Source: an uncultured Gemmatimonadales bacterium
Lineage (GTDB): Bacteria; Gemmatimonadota; Gemmatimonadetes; Gemmatimonadales; GWC2-71-9
Length of the DNA stretch: 64,000 nucleotides
Direction: 5' to 3'
Assembly (NCBI GenBank): GCA_963798915.1
Contig: CAWCVB010000005.1
Location: 25,291-89,290 of the forward strand
Shown: piece after piece, positions 20,632 through 29,556 of the stretch
How positions within the stretch are numbered: position 1 is the first letter of the stretch
How the letters are laid out: each line of letters starts with the position of its first letter
Program-made: the position numbers and the translations under genes
The notes under the pieces: model-generated
What the model saw: only the letters and a program-made list of their open reading frames with translations
Told to the model about the DNA's origin: nothing
The model's database searches: none

Positions 20632-23600
20632 ATGGCTGAGCTCCTCGAGCGGCTTCAGGCAGCACTCGGCGACAGCTTCCGCATAGAGCGGGAGCTGGGC
20701 GGCGGGGGCATGAGCCGTGTCTTCCTGGCGGAAGAGTCGCGGCTGGGCCGCCGGGTGGTGATCAAGCTGCTCCCGCCCGAGGCTGCCGAAGGGATCCCGG
20801 CCGACCGGTTCGAACGTGAGGTCAAGGTCGCCGCCTCGCTGCAGCATCCCCACGTCGTGCCGGTGCTGAGCGCCGGCGTCTCCGATGGGCTCCTGTATTA
20901 CATCATGCCCTACATCGACGGCGAGTCGCTCGCCGCCCGGCTCGCCCGGGTGGGCGCGCTGCCGGTGGGCGAGGCCATCCGCATCATCCGCGACATCGCA
21001 GACGCCCTGGCCTACGCCCATGGTCGCGGCGTGGTGCACCGCGATATCAAGCCCGACAACATCATGCTGGCCGGGCGCCATGCACTGGTCACCGACTTCG
21101 GCGTCGCCAAGGCGGTGAGTGCATCGGTCAACCGGAGCATGGGGCTCACCACCGGCGGCGTGACCATCGGCACGCCCACCTACATGGCGCCGGAGCAGGC
21201 GGCGGCCGATCCCAACCTGGATCATCGCGCCGATATCTATGCGCTGGGTGTGGTGGCGTACGAAATGCTCAGCGGGCGGCCGCCCTTCATGGCGCCCACG
21301 GCGCAGGGCATGCTCGCAGCCCATGTGACCCAGACCCCCGATCCGGTGAGCGCGCACCGCCAGACCATTCCGCCGGACGTGTCGCAGATCGTGATGCGCT
21401 GCCTGGAAAAACATCCGGCCGATCGCTGGCAGAGCGCGGCGGAGCTGGGCGAGAAGCTGGAGATCGCAACCACGCCTTCGGGTGGCATACCCTCCGTCCC
21501 CACCGAACCGGTGCAGGCAGTGCGGGCCCAGGCGGAGCGCTCGGTGCGACGGGCGCATCCCATGCGGGTGCTGGCGCTGTTTGCCTTGGCCACCGCGGCC
21601 GTCACCGCCGGCGCCTTCGGGCTCACCCGGCTCTTTGGATTGGCCGACTGGGTCTGGATCGGCGCGCTTGGCTGCATGCTGCTGGGCCTGCCGGTGCTGC
21701 TCTATACCGGCCGCCTGGAGCGCCAGCGCGCCATCCTCAAGGCCACCGGCGCGTTTCGCTACGAGCCGGAGCCGGCGCACCAGCAGTTCTTCACCTGGCG
21801 CCGGGCCCTGTGGGGCGGCGCATTCGCACTGGGCGCCCTGCTCCTTGCTACGGTGGCGTTCGGCGTCTCCCGGCATTTCGGCGTCGGCCCAGGCGCGACG
21901 CTGCTGAGCGCGGGCACGCTTGGCAGCCAGGACCGGCTCGTGCTCGCCGACTTTTCCAACCACACGTCCGACTCGACGCTGTCCGCATCGCTGGCGGAAG
22001 CGCTGCGGGTGGACCTGGGGCAGTCGAACGTCGTGCGATTGGTGAATCAGCAGGAGATCAATGCGACGCTGCAGCGGATGGGACAGGAGCCGGGCGGCCC
22101 GCTATCCGAAACAGTAGCGCGTGACGTGGCTCGGCGCGCCAATGCCAAGGCCATTGTCTCGGGTGATGTCTCGCCGCTGGGCACGGGGTACGTGCTCACG
22201 GCCCGGCTGGTGTCGGTCGATGGAGCGACCCTGGCGCCGGTGCGTGAAACGGCGGAGAGCGACGCCGAGCTGATTCCGGCGCTCAACCGGCTCTCGAAAT
22301 CGCTGCGGGAAAAGATCGGCGAATCGCTGCGAACCATTCGCCGCAGTGATGCGCTGGAGCAGGTGACGACGGCATCGCTGCCGGCGCTCGAGCTGTATTC
22401 CCGGGCGGAGCGCGCCTTCGAGAGCAACGACTACACGACCGCGCGCGACCTGCTGACACGCGCGGTACAGACCGACAGCAGCTTTGCGATGGCATGGCGG
22501 AAGCTGGCCGTGGTGATCAACAACATGGCCGGCAGCTCGTCGCAGCAGCGCGCCGCGGCGACGGCGGCATTCAATCACCGCGACCGGCTGCCGCCGCTGG
22601 AGCGCGCGCTGTCGGAGGCGTATTTCTACACCAACGTCCAGTTCAAGCCGGAACAGGCGACGCGTGCCTATCAGCGGGCACTGGACGTGGACTCGCTGAA
22701 CCCCGTGGCCATCAACAACCTGGGATTGCTGTACAACAGGCTGGGCGACTTCGCCAGTGCGGAGACGATCCTGCGGCGCGGGATGCGGCACGAGCCCGCC
22801 CTCACCATGTTCGACAACATGAATCAGGCGCTGCTCTCACAGGCCAAGTATGCCGCGGCCGACAGCGTGCTGGAGCAGCTTCGGGCCCGGGCGCCCGATG
22901 CACCGCTTACGGTCATTAACCTTGCCTACGCAGCATCGGTCAAGCGTGACTATGAGACCGTTGATTCCGTCCTCCGGCCGTTGTCGACCGGAGCCAACCC
23001 AGACCGGATTGCGCAGCTCGTCCGGTCCAATGTCTTCGAGGTGCACGGGGAACTGCGCACCATTGACACGCTCTTCGCCACGATGGCCGGCAAACTGCTG
23101 GCCGAAGGAGACTCGTCGCTCGCCGCCGGCGTGTTGCTGGCCGAGCCGAGCCACGATCTGGTGCAGCGCGGGCAACCTGAGCGTGGGCTCGCAAGCCTAG
23201 ATTCGCTGGAGCACTCGCCGCTCTTCACCTCGCTGCGGAGCGTCGACCGCCCGCTCCTCGGTCTGGCGGAACTTGAGGTGCTGCTCGGCCGTGCCCAGGA
23301 GGTCCGGAAACTGCGCGCGGAATGGGAACGCGCCGTTCCGCCCGAAGAGCGCACGCCCTGGCAGGCGCCGCGATGGGATGCCCTGGTGGCCGGGGCGGAA
23401 GGGCGCTGGAAGGATGCGGCGGCCGCGCAGACTCGCGCGGTGGCCACAGCCCACTGCGCGCCCTGCGGCCGCCACTTCATTGCGCAGGCGTGGGACCGCG
23501 CCGGCGTCAGCGACTCGGCGCTCAAGTACTATGACCTGGCCGCCAACCTGCCGAACACCGACAATGAAGGCGTGGAAGACGCAATCTGGCAGCCCTCCGC

Positions 23601-23766
23601 CCTGCGCCGCCTCGGCGAGCTGTACGAAGCCAGAGGTGAACGTCAGAAGGCGCTGGATTACTACGGCAAGTTCGTGGCGTTATGGAAAAATGCCGATGCC
23701 GACTTGCAGCCGCAGGTGACGGAGGTGAAGGCGGCGATGGCGAAGCTGGCGGGGGAGGGGAGGTAG
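20632..23766 (+). CDS. Hanks-type Ser/Thr protein kinase with TM segments and C-terminal TPR region
   Basis: ELGGGGMSRV, HRDIKPDN, DFG, GTPTYMAPE, DIYALG; three hydrophobic stretches; TPR-like helices. Confidence 0.93.
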   Translation: MAELLERLQAALGDSFRIERELGGGGMSRVFLAEESRLGRRVVIKLLPPEAAEGIPADRFEREVKVAASLQHPHVVPVLSAGVSDGLLYYIMPYIDGESLAARLARVGALPVGEAIRIIRDIADALAYAHGRGVVHRDIKPDNIMLAGRHALVTDFGVAKAVSASVNRSMGLTTGGVTIGTPTYMAPEQAAADPNLDHRADIYALGVVAYEMLSGRPPFMAPTAQGMLAAHVTQTPDPVSAHRQTIPPDVSQIVMRCLEKHPADRWQSAAELGEKLEIATTPSGGIPSVPTEPVQAVRAQAERSVRRAHPMRVLALFALATAAVTAGAFGLTRLFGLADWVWIGALGCMLLGLPVLLYTGRLERQRAILKATGAFRYEPEPAHQQFFTWRRALWGGAFALGALLLATVAFGVSRHFGVGPGATLLSAGTLGSQDRLVLADFSNHTSDSTLSASLAEALRVDLGQSNVVRLVNQQEINATLQRMGQEPGGPLSETVARDVARRANAKAIVSGDVSPLGTGYVLTARLVSVDGATLAPVRETAESDAELIPALNRLSKSLREKIGESLRTIRRSDALEQVTTASLPALELYSRAERAFESNDYTTARDLLTRAVQTDSSFAMAWRKLAVVINNMAGSSSQQRAAATAAFNHRDRLPPLERALSEAYFYTNVQFKPEQATRAYQRALDVDSLNPVAINNLGLLYNRLGDFASAETILRRGMRHEPALTMFDNMNQALLSQAKYAAADSVLEQLRARAPDAPLTVINLAYAASVKRDYETVDSVLRPLSTGANPDRIAQLVRSNVFEVHGELRTIDTLFATMAGKLLAEGDSSLAAGVLLAEPSHDLVQRGQPERGLASLDSLEHSPLFTSLRSVDRPLLGLAELEVLLGRAQEVRKLRAEWERAVPPEERTPWQAPRWDALVAGAEGRWKDAAAAQTRAVATAHCAPCGRHFIAQAWDRAGVSDSALKYYDLAANLPNTDNEGVEDAIWQPSALRRLGELYEARGERQKALDYYGKFVALWKNADADLQPQVTEVKAAMAKLAGEGR

Positions 23767-23768
23767 GG

Positions 23769-23872
23769 GACGGCGAGACGGCGAGGCGGCAAGACGGCGA
23801 GGCGGCGAGTTGGCTAGTTGGCTAGTTGGCTAGTCGGCGAGAGGGCGAGTTGGCAAGACGGCAAGTTGGCGG
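23769..23872. repeat. 8-bp tandem array, 13 units (GACGGCGA/GTTGGCTA type); left arm of four-helix cassette 1
   Basis: Counted directly; begins 3 nt after the kinase stop. Confidence 0.92.
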
Positions 23873-23882
23873 CGCTGGTCCA

Positions 23883-24239
23883 TCATGGCGCACTCCGGAT
23901 GCTTCGGTGAAGGCCCCAGAGCAGGCGGCCGACTTCGTCGCACTCATTGAGCAGGCTACCGTCGCTCATTCGGGCATATTCGAGATCGCTCGCCAGCCTG
24001 AGCATGTACTCCACTTCCGCGTGCGACCCCGCAGCGATGTCGAGATAACGACGGAATTCCTTTGACCCTCTCTTGGCCGAGCCCTCGGCCACATTTGCTG
24101 CAATGGAGACCGCGGCGCGCCGAATCTGCGATGTGAGCCCAAATCGCTCGTCAGGAGGCCAGGCCTTCGAGACGGCGTAAATGCGCAGTACCAGCTGATG
24201 CGCCTTCTGCCACACGAGGAGGTCGAGATACGAAGCCAT
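23883..24239 (-). CDS. Four-helix-bundle protein (23S rRNA intervening-sequence protein / Avd-like family)
   Basis: YLDLLVWQKA..ERFGLTSQIRRAAVSIAANVAEG..EFRRYLDIAAGS..E family signature; 118 aa. Confidence 0.93.
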   Translation of the reverse strand: MASYLDLLVWQKAHQLVLRIYAVSKAWPPDERFGLTSQIRRAAVSIAANVAEGSAKRGSKEFRRYLDIAAGSHAEVEYMLRLASDLEYARMSDGSLLNECDEVGRLLWGLHRSIRSAP

Positions 24240-24319
24240 CCCCTAAGATGCCGTCTGCCGCGGTGACCTGGGTATCATTCTCGTGCAGGCCATACCCATG
24301 TCGCGCATTGCCTGGCCGC

Positions 24320-24443
24320 TCGCCGACTTGCCAACTCGCCGTCTTGCCGTCTCGCCGTCTCGCCGTCTCGCCGTCTTGCCGTCTTGCCGTCTCGCCGTCT
24401 CGCCGTCTCGCCGTCTCGCCGTCTCGCCAACTAGCCGCCTAGC
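24320..24443. repeat. 8-bp tandem array, 15 units (TCGCCGTC/TTGCCGTC); right arm of cassette 1, reverse complement of 23769-23872
   Basis: Counted directly. Confidence 0.92.
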
Positions 24444-24730
24444 TCCCCTCCCGCCCTCCTCAAAAACCGCTCCGCCAACTGCTCCAGCCGTTCGTCGTGT
24501 CTTTCCCGTGCGTCCGCCAGGATGATTTCCACTTGAGGTATGAGTTCCGGCGTGCCGAAGGCATAGCCGGTCGCAGCTTCGGCGCCGAGCGAGTCGCCGA
24601 CGTTGGCGCCATCGAGCAGCGCACGCGCGGCGGCGAGCGGAAAGGCAGGGTCGTCCCGCTGGGGCAGGGGATAGCGATGTTCGGGCTGGGCTTCCCCCGC
24701 CGCGTCGTCGTTTACGAATGCTCGGGACAT
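24431..24730 (-). CDS. Hypothetical protein, 99 aa
   Basis: Open frame with GC-typical codons; MSRAFVNDD start; -10-like CATCTT 6 nt before the ATG. Confidence 0.6.
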   Translation of the reverse strand: MSRAFVNDDAAGEAQPEHRYPLPQRDDPAFPLAAARALLDGANVGDSLGAEAATGYAFGTPELIPQVEIILADARERHDERLEQLAERFLRRAGGELGG

Positions 24731-24856
24731 GAGAAAAAGATGGGCAGGATAGGCGGGATGGGCCAGATGGGCGGGGGGCGAGACGGCTGGTTGGCTCAAG
24801 CCGTCATCGCGGCATTCTCACGCGGCTAACCGCCATCACCGGAGAACTGCTTCAAC

Positions 24857-25025
24857 ATAGAGACGCAGAGGACGCGGAGGCACACAGAGGGCTCCTGGTG
24901 CCGAGCTTCTCCGCTTGCCGGGCTCAGTTCACAAAGGTTTTTGTGGGTGCCCGGCTGAGACCCGGATTCTAAGGCCTCTCACGGAGCACTCCGCGTCCTC
25001 TGTGCCTCCGTTCCTCTGTGTTAAA
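24857..25025. repeat. Inverted pair of ~9-bp purine/pyrimidine arrays (GACGCAGAG.../...CTCTGTG) enclosing ~90 bp
   Basis: agagacgcagaggacgcggaggcacacagagg versus ctccgcgtcctctgtgcctccgttcctctgtg. Confidence 0.75.
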
Positions 25026-25119
25026 CCATTGGCGCGACCCGATTGCTTCGTCGGGCCCTTCAGGGCGCACCGCCGTGCCCCCCTGCGGACCCTCCTCGCA
25101 ATGACAGCGCCTGGCGAGC

Positions 25120-25250
25120 TTTCGTCTCGCCAACTCGCCAACTCGCCAACTCGCCAACTCGCCAACTCGCCAACTCGCCAACTCGCCAACTCGCCCTCTC
25201 GCCGTCTTGCCGTCTCGCCGTCTCGCCGTCTCGCCGCTTGCCGCTTGCCG
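25120..25250. repeat. 8-bp tandem array (TCGCCAAC)8 followed by TCGCCGTC units
   Basis: Same family as the cassette 1 arms. Confidence 0.92.
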
Positions 25251-25323
25251 CGGCGGGTGGATCGCGCTTCTATCGTAGGAGGCCCACGCCCTGGGTGCCC
25301 GAGCTTCAGCGACGGAGTGCGAG

Positions 25324-26994
25324 ATGGCGAGCGGCGCGGATGACGTGACTGGCCCTGACCTGGCCAGTGGCATTGACGAAGCAGACCTGCCCGACGGCGC
25401 CATGCTGTCGGGAACGGTCGAAGGCGAGGCGGTACTCCTGGTGCGGCGTGGGCCGAACGTCCATGCCGTCGGCGCCACCTGCACCCACTATGGCGGCCCG
25501 CTCGCCGAGGGGCTGGTGGTCGGCGAAACACTGCATTGTCCCTGGCACCACGCCTGCTTCGACCTCGTCACCGGACGCGCGGTCGGCGCGCCGGCGCTCA
25601 ATCCGGTGAGCTGCTGGAAGGTGGAGTTGGCCGGCGGCCGTATCCGCGTCACCGGCCGCCGCAGTGCGCCGGCGCCGCCCCCGCCGCCGACCGGCGCCCC
25701 CGCGCGCATGGTCATCATCGGTGCTGGCGCGGCCGGCAATGCGGCTGCGGAGGAGCTGCGGAACCAGGGTTTTGACGGCGCCATCACGATGATCGGGATG
25801 GAGAACGAGATTCCCTATGACCGTCCCAATCTTTCCAAGGACTATCTCGCCGGCAACGCGCCGGAAGAATGGATTCCGCTCCGCACCAGCGCGTTCTACG
25901 CCGAGCGCAACATCACCCTTCGGCTCGGCGCCGTCGTCGATCGGATCGAACCCGAGAGCAGGCAGCTCGTGTTCCAGGATGGCGAGACCCTGGACTATGA
26001 CCGGCTCCTGCTCGCGACCGGCGCCGAGCCGGTGCGGATGCCGGTACCGACGGAAGAGGGCGCGCCGGTGCACTACCTGCGTTCGCTCGACGACTGTCGC
26101 GCGATCATCCGGGCGGCCGCCAGCGCGACTCGTGTGGTAGTGATTGGCGCCAGCTTTATCGGCCTGGAAGTCGCGGCCGCGCTGAGGATGCGGAAGCTGG
26201 CGGTCGCGGTGGTTGCCCCCGAAGAGGTGCCCTTCGAGAAGGTGCTGGGCGCTGAGCTGGGCCAGTTCCTCCGTGGCGTTCATGAGGGACAGGGCGTGGA
26301 ATTTCACCTTGGCACCAAGGTCGAACGCATCAACCGCATCGGCGTGCACCTGGATAATGGCGCCGATCTCGCGGCGGACCTGATCGTGATCGGTATCGGT
26401 GTGCGGCCGCGCACCGCATTGGCCGAAGCGGCTGGTGCCAGGATGGACAAGGGCGTGGTGGTGGATGAACGGTTGGAGACCAGTCTTCCGGGCATCTACG
26501 CCGCGGGCGACATCGCGCGGGTTCCCGATGCTCGCGCCGACGGGACCATGCGGGTGGAGCACTGGGTGGTGGCGGAACGCCAAGGCCAGGCCGCCGCGCG
26601 CAACATGCTGGGGCTGGGCGCACCGTTTCGCGACGTGCCCTTCTTCTGGACCACGCACTACGACACCACGATCAGCTACATCGGCCACGCCGATGAGTGG
26701 GACGAGGCCGAACTGGATGGCAGCCTGAAAGCGGGCTCAGCGACGATGCGCTATCGCCGCGAAGGGAAGCTCCTGGCAGTCGCGACACTGGGACGGGACA
26801 TGGATGGACTGCGCGCCGAGCAAGAGCTGGAGTCGTGGCTGAAGGCCTCGTCGGCACATGTCACGCGGCTGAAAGCCGCTGCTCGGCAAATGTCGCCTGC
26901 GGCGACACTCCCTGGGGCGGATTTCACAGCAGGTGTCATCCAGAGGCCGCGAAGCGGCCGAAGGATCTACTGGTCCGGGTCCCGACGCTGGTGA
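25324..26994 (+). CDS. Rieske [2Fe-2S] domain fused to FAD/NAD-dependent ferredoxin-reductase-like oxidoreductase
   Basis: CTHYG and CPWHHACF Rieske motifs; GAGAAG, PYDRPNLSK, ATGA, GASFIGLE, AAGD, VPFFWT; last ~43 codons run through a repeat element. Confidence 0.92.
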   Translation: MASGADDVTGPDLASGIDEADLPDGAMLSGTVEGEAVLLVRRGPNVHAVGATCTHYGGPLAEGLVVGETLHCPWHHACFDLVTGRAVGAPALNPVSCWKVELAGGRIRVTGRRSAPAPPPPPTGAPARMVIIGAGAAGNAAAEELRNQGFDGAITMIGMENEIPYDRPNLSKDYLAGNAPEEWIPLRTSAFYAERNITLRLGAVVDRIEPESRQLVFQDGETLDYDRLLLATGAEPVRMPVPTEEGAPVHYLRSLDDCRAIIRAAASATRVVVIGASFIGLEVAAALRMRKLAVAVVAPEEVPFEKVLGAELGQFLRGVHEGQGVEFHLGTKVERINRIGVHLDNGADLAADLIVIGIGVRPRTALAEAAGARMDKGVVVDERLETSLPGIYAAGDIARVPDARADGTMRVEHWVVAERQGQAAARNMLGLGAPFRDVPFFWTTHYDTTISYIGHADEWDEAELDGSLKAGSATMRYRREGKLLAVATLGRDMDGLRAEQELESWLKASSAHVTRLKAAARQMSPAATLPGADFTAGVIQRPRSGRRIYWSGSRRW

Positions 26995-27140
26995 GTAGAT
27001 CCTTCGCTTCGCTCAGGATGACAGATCTCGCACACCGACGACCGACGACCGACAACTGACGACTGACGACCGACGACCGACAACTGACACTGACGACCAC
27101 CTGCCCGCCTCGCCCGTCCTGCCCGCCTTGCCCGTCCTGT
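26864..27140 (+). repeat. Composite MITE-like element (GTCGCCTGCGGCGAC hairpin, 90-bp palindrome 26934-27023, 7-mer and 9-mer tails)
   Basis: Near-identical to 29235-29485 and, inverted, to 35345-35548. Confidence 0.85.
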
Positions 27141-27142
27141 CA

Positions 27143-28243
27143 TCATGCCGACGTCATGTCCGGCAAAGCGGGCGGGTTGACGCCCGGCGACACCGGCGTC
27201 CGCTCCAGTGCCAGTTCCACGATGGTCGCCAGCATTTCGCCGAAGGTGTGGCCGGCCGCCTCGGCGCTTTCCATGAAGGAGACCCCTTCGGTCAGGTCGG
27301 GATTGGGGTTGATCTCCAGCACGTAAGGATGGTTGTCCTTGGAGATGCGGATGTCGAGCCGGGCGTAATCGCGGCACCCCATCGACCGGTAGGCCTGGAT
27401 GCAGACATCACGCACCCGCTTTTCCAGGCGCTTGGTGAGGGGCGCCGGACAGTGGGTGCCCACGCGATGGAACACCTCCGCCAGCGGATCCCACTTGGCG
27501 GCAAAGCTGATGATCGACGGCTCACCGGCAGGCAATTCCGAGAAATCGTATTCCAGGGCTGGCAGCACTTCGGGCGGGTCGTTGCCCAGCACGCCAATGT
27601 GCAGCTCGCGGCCCTCGATGAATTCCTCCACCAGGATCGGCGGCTGGAATTCGGTGAACATGTGCTCCAGGCGCGAGAGCAGCTGGGCCCGGTCCGTCAC
27701 CACGGAGGCCGCGTCCACCCCGGCACTGGCATCTTCCCGCGCCGGTTTCACGATCAGCGGATACTTGAGCCCGTGTCGCACTGCGATCCGGGGTTTCCAG
27801 AGGCTCAGGAACTTGGGGGTCGGCACGTCGTGCGACTGCAGGATCCGCTTGGTCAGTCCCTTCCGCCGGCACATGGACAGCGCCATCGGCGGAGCGCCGG
27901 TGTAGGGAATGCCGTAGAGTTCGAGAAAGGCGGGTATGGCGCTTTCCAGCTCGGCGTCGTCCCGGAACGATTCCACCAGGTTGAAGATCACGTCGGGCCG
28001 GTTGCGGCGGACCACCCGCTCCAGCTGCTTCACGTCGTCCAGCAGGTTGAGCGCGCGGACCCGGAACCCTTCGCCCTTGAGCGCCTTGACGATGGCCTCG
28101 TACTCCTCGCTGACCGTGGGCACGACGATGTCGTACTCCGGCTCGAAACCCAGCGTCGCGGGATCGACGTGCTTGAGCTGGTCGTAGCCTTCCTCGCTCA
28201 GCGCATTGTACAGCACCATCACGTTGGCTCGTGTCCTGGCCAA
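27143..28243 (-). CDS. D-Ala-D-Ala ligase-like ATP-grasp protein
   Basis: PDVIFNLVE, IPYTG, YPLIVKPAREDASAG, VEEFIEGRE, CRDYARLD, LEINPNPDL; TTG start at 28243 after an AGGAGA SD. Confidence 0.85.
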   Translation of the reverse strand: MARTRANVMVLYNALSEEGYDQLKHVDPATLGFEPEYDIVVPTVSEEYEAIVKALKGEGFRVRALNLLDDVKQLERVVRRNRPDVIFNLVESFRDDAELESAIPAFLELYGIPYTGAPPMALSMCRRKGLTKRILQSHDVPTPKFLSLWKPRIAVRHGLKYPLIVKPAREDASAGVDAASVVTDRAQLLSRLEHMFTEFQPPILVEEFIEGRELHIGVLGNDPPEVLPALEYDFSELPAGEPSIISFAAKWDPLAEVFHRVGTHCPAPLTKRLEKRVRDVCIQAYRSMGCRDYARLDIRISKDNHPYVLEINPNPDLTEGVSFMESAEAAGHTFGEMLATIVELALERTPVSPGVNPPALPDMTSA

Positions 28244-28310
28244 GGCACTCTCCTGGGCGCCGGTTGGCAAGCGCCCGGTTCCGTATACTTTCCCAAGGTC
28301 TCCGGCCGGG

Positions 28311-29201
28311 ATGTCCATGGGAATATACCCCCAACCGAACCTCTGGCAGTGCGGGCCGTTCGCCCTCAAGCATGCGTTGGTGGTTCTGGGCATCCTGCGC
28401 GACGAGCGCGAGATCTCCCGGATCGCCGGCACGCACTGGTGGACCGGCACCGACGAGATCCAGTTGGGGCGAGCCGCGCGCAAGTACGATTGCGACCTGC
28501 TGCAGGTACGGCGCAACGATCCTGAGCGCGCGCGCAAAGCGCTGGTCGCCTACCTCAGGCGCGGCATTCCGGTGCTGCTCTGCGTGGACGAGTGGAGTCA
28601 CTGGCTCACCGCGGTGAAGGCGGAATCGGGCAAGTTCATCCTGCTCGACAGCCGGGTGAAGCGCGTGGTGGAGATCGCTTCATGGGCTCAGCTTCGGCGC
28701 ATGTGGGTCTTCCACGAGGAAGACGAAGATGATGAGGATGCCTACCTCACCCGCTTCGACCTGCATCCCGTGGTGCCTCGCTTCAAGCCGCGAACCCACG
28801 CCCAGTTCTCGCTGGCCCGGGCCCGCACGCTGCAGCGCGAAACCAATCGCCGGCTGGCACAGCGCTGGGACGAGTATGTCGAGGACCTGCTCGCCATCTG
28901 CCGGCCCCGCTCTTCCCGCGCGTCCAAGGTGTTCTCCCTCGGCGAGTTCATCCGCCGCCACGGCGCCATGATCCTGGAGACCGTGGACTACTGGCATGGC
29001 TCGGTCGAACGCCAGGCTGCCCGCCAGATCCTCAACAACCTGCACTTCGTGGCCGACACCTATGGCCTGGTGATCCACGACGAGGACGAGAAACGCGCCA
29101 TCGCCGGGATCTCGACGCTGCTCACGCTCTGGGCCGCCGGTGAATTCGGCGCCACGCCGGTCTATGGGCCGAGGCTGGTGCAGAAGAAGAGGCGGCGGTA
29201 A
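28311..29201 (+). CDS. Papain-fold cysteine-peptidase-like protein (C39-like) with C-terminal helical domain
   Basis: Q-x5-C (QPNLWQCGPFAL), SHWL and LLDS give a plausible Cys-His-Asp triad. Confidence 0.65.
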   Translation: MSMGIYPQPNLWQCGPFALKHALVVLGILRDEREISRIAGTHWWTGTDEIQLGRAARKYDCDLLQVRRNDPERARKALVAYLRRGIPVLLCVDEWSHWLTAVKAESGKFILLDSRVKRVVEIASWAQLRRMWVFHEEDEDDEDAYLTRFDLHPVVPRFKPRTHAQFSLARARTLQRETNRRLAQRWDEYVEDLLAICRPRSSRASKVFSLGEFIRRHGAMILETVDYWHGSVERQAARQILNNLHFVADTYGLVIHDEDEKRAIAGISTLLTLWAAGEFGATPVYGPRLVQKKRRR

Positions 29202-29234
29202 CTCGGCGGCTCGAGGGAGGCTTCGCGCGTTCTC

Positions 29235-29485
29235 ACGCGGCTGTAGCCGCTGCTCAGCCCGTGTCGCCTGCGGCGACAACGCCTGAGGTGGAGCTCACAG
29301 CAGGTGTCATCCAGAGGCCGCGAAGCGGCCGAAGGATCTGCCGGTCCGGGTCCCGACGCTGGTGAGAAGATCCTTCGCTTCGCTCAGGATGACAGATCGG
29401 CGGCGGAGACCGAGACCCGCCGACCGACGACCGACGACCGACGCCGACGACCACCCACCCGCCTTGCCCGTCCTTGCCCGTCCTG
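29235..29485 (+). repeat. Composite MITE-like element, second copy (palindrome 29305-29394)
   Basis: Direct similarity to 26864-27140. Confidence 0.85.
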
Positions 29486-29556
29486 CAAAGCGACCCTCAC
29501 GCCACCTCATGCATCCCTCTACCGGAACCCCTTTTACCGACCGGAGATGGAGACCC

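Noticed and set aside
24431..24730. GreA/GreB-like factor suggested by the MSRAFV start
   Set aside because: The rest of the 99-aa protein lacks the Gre coiled-coil and C-terminal motifs.
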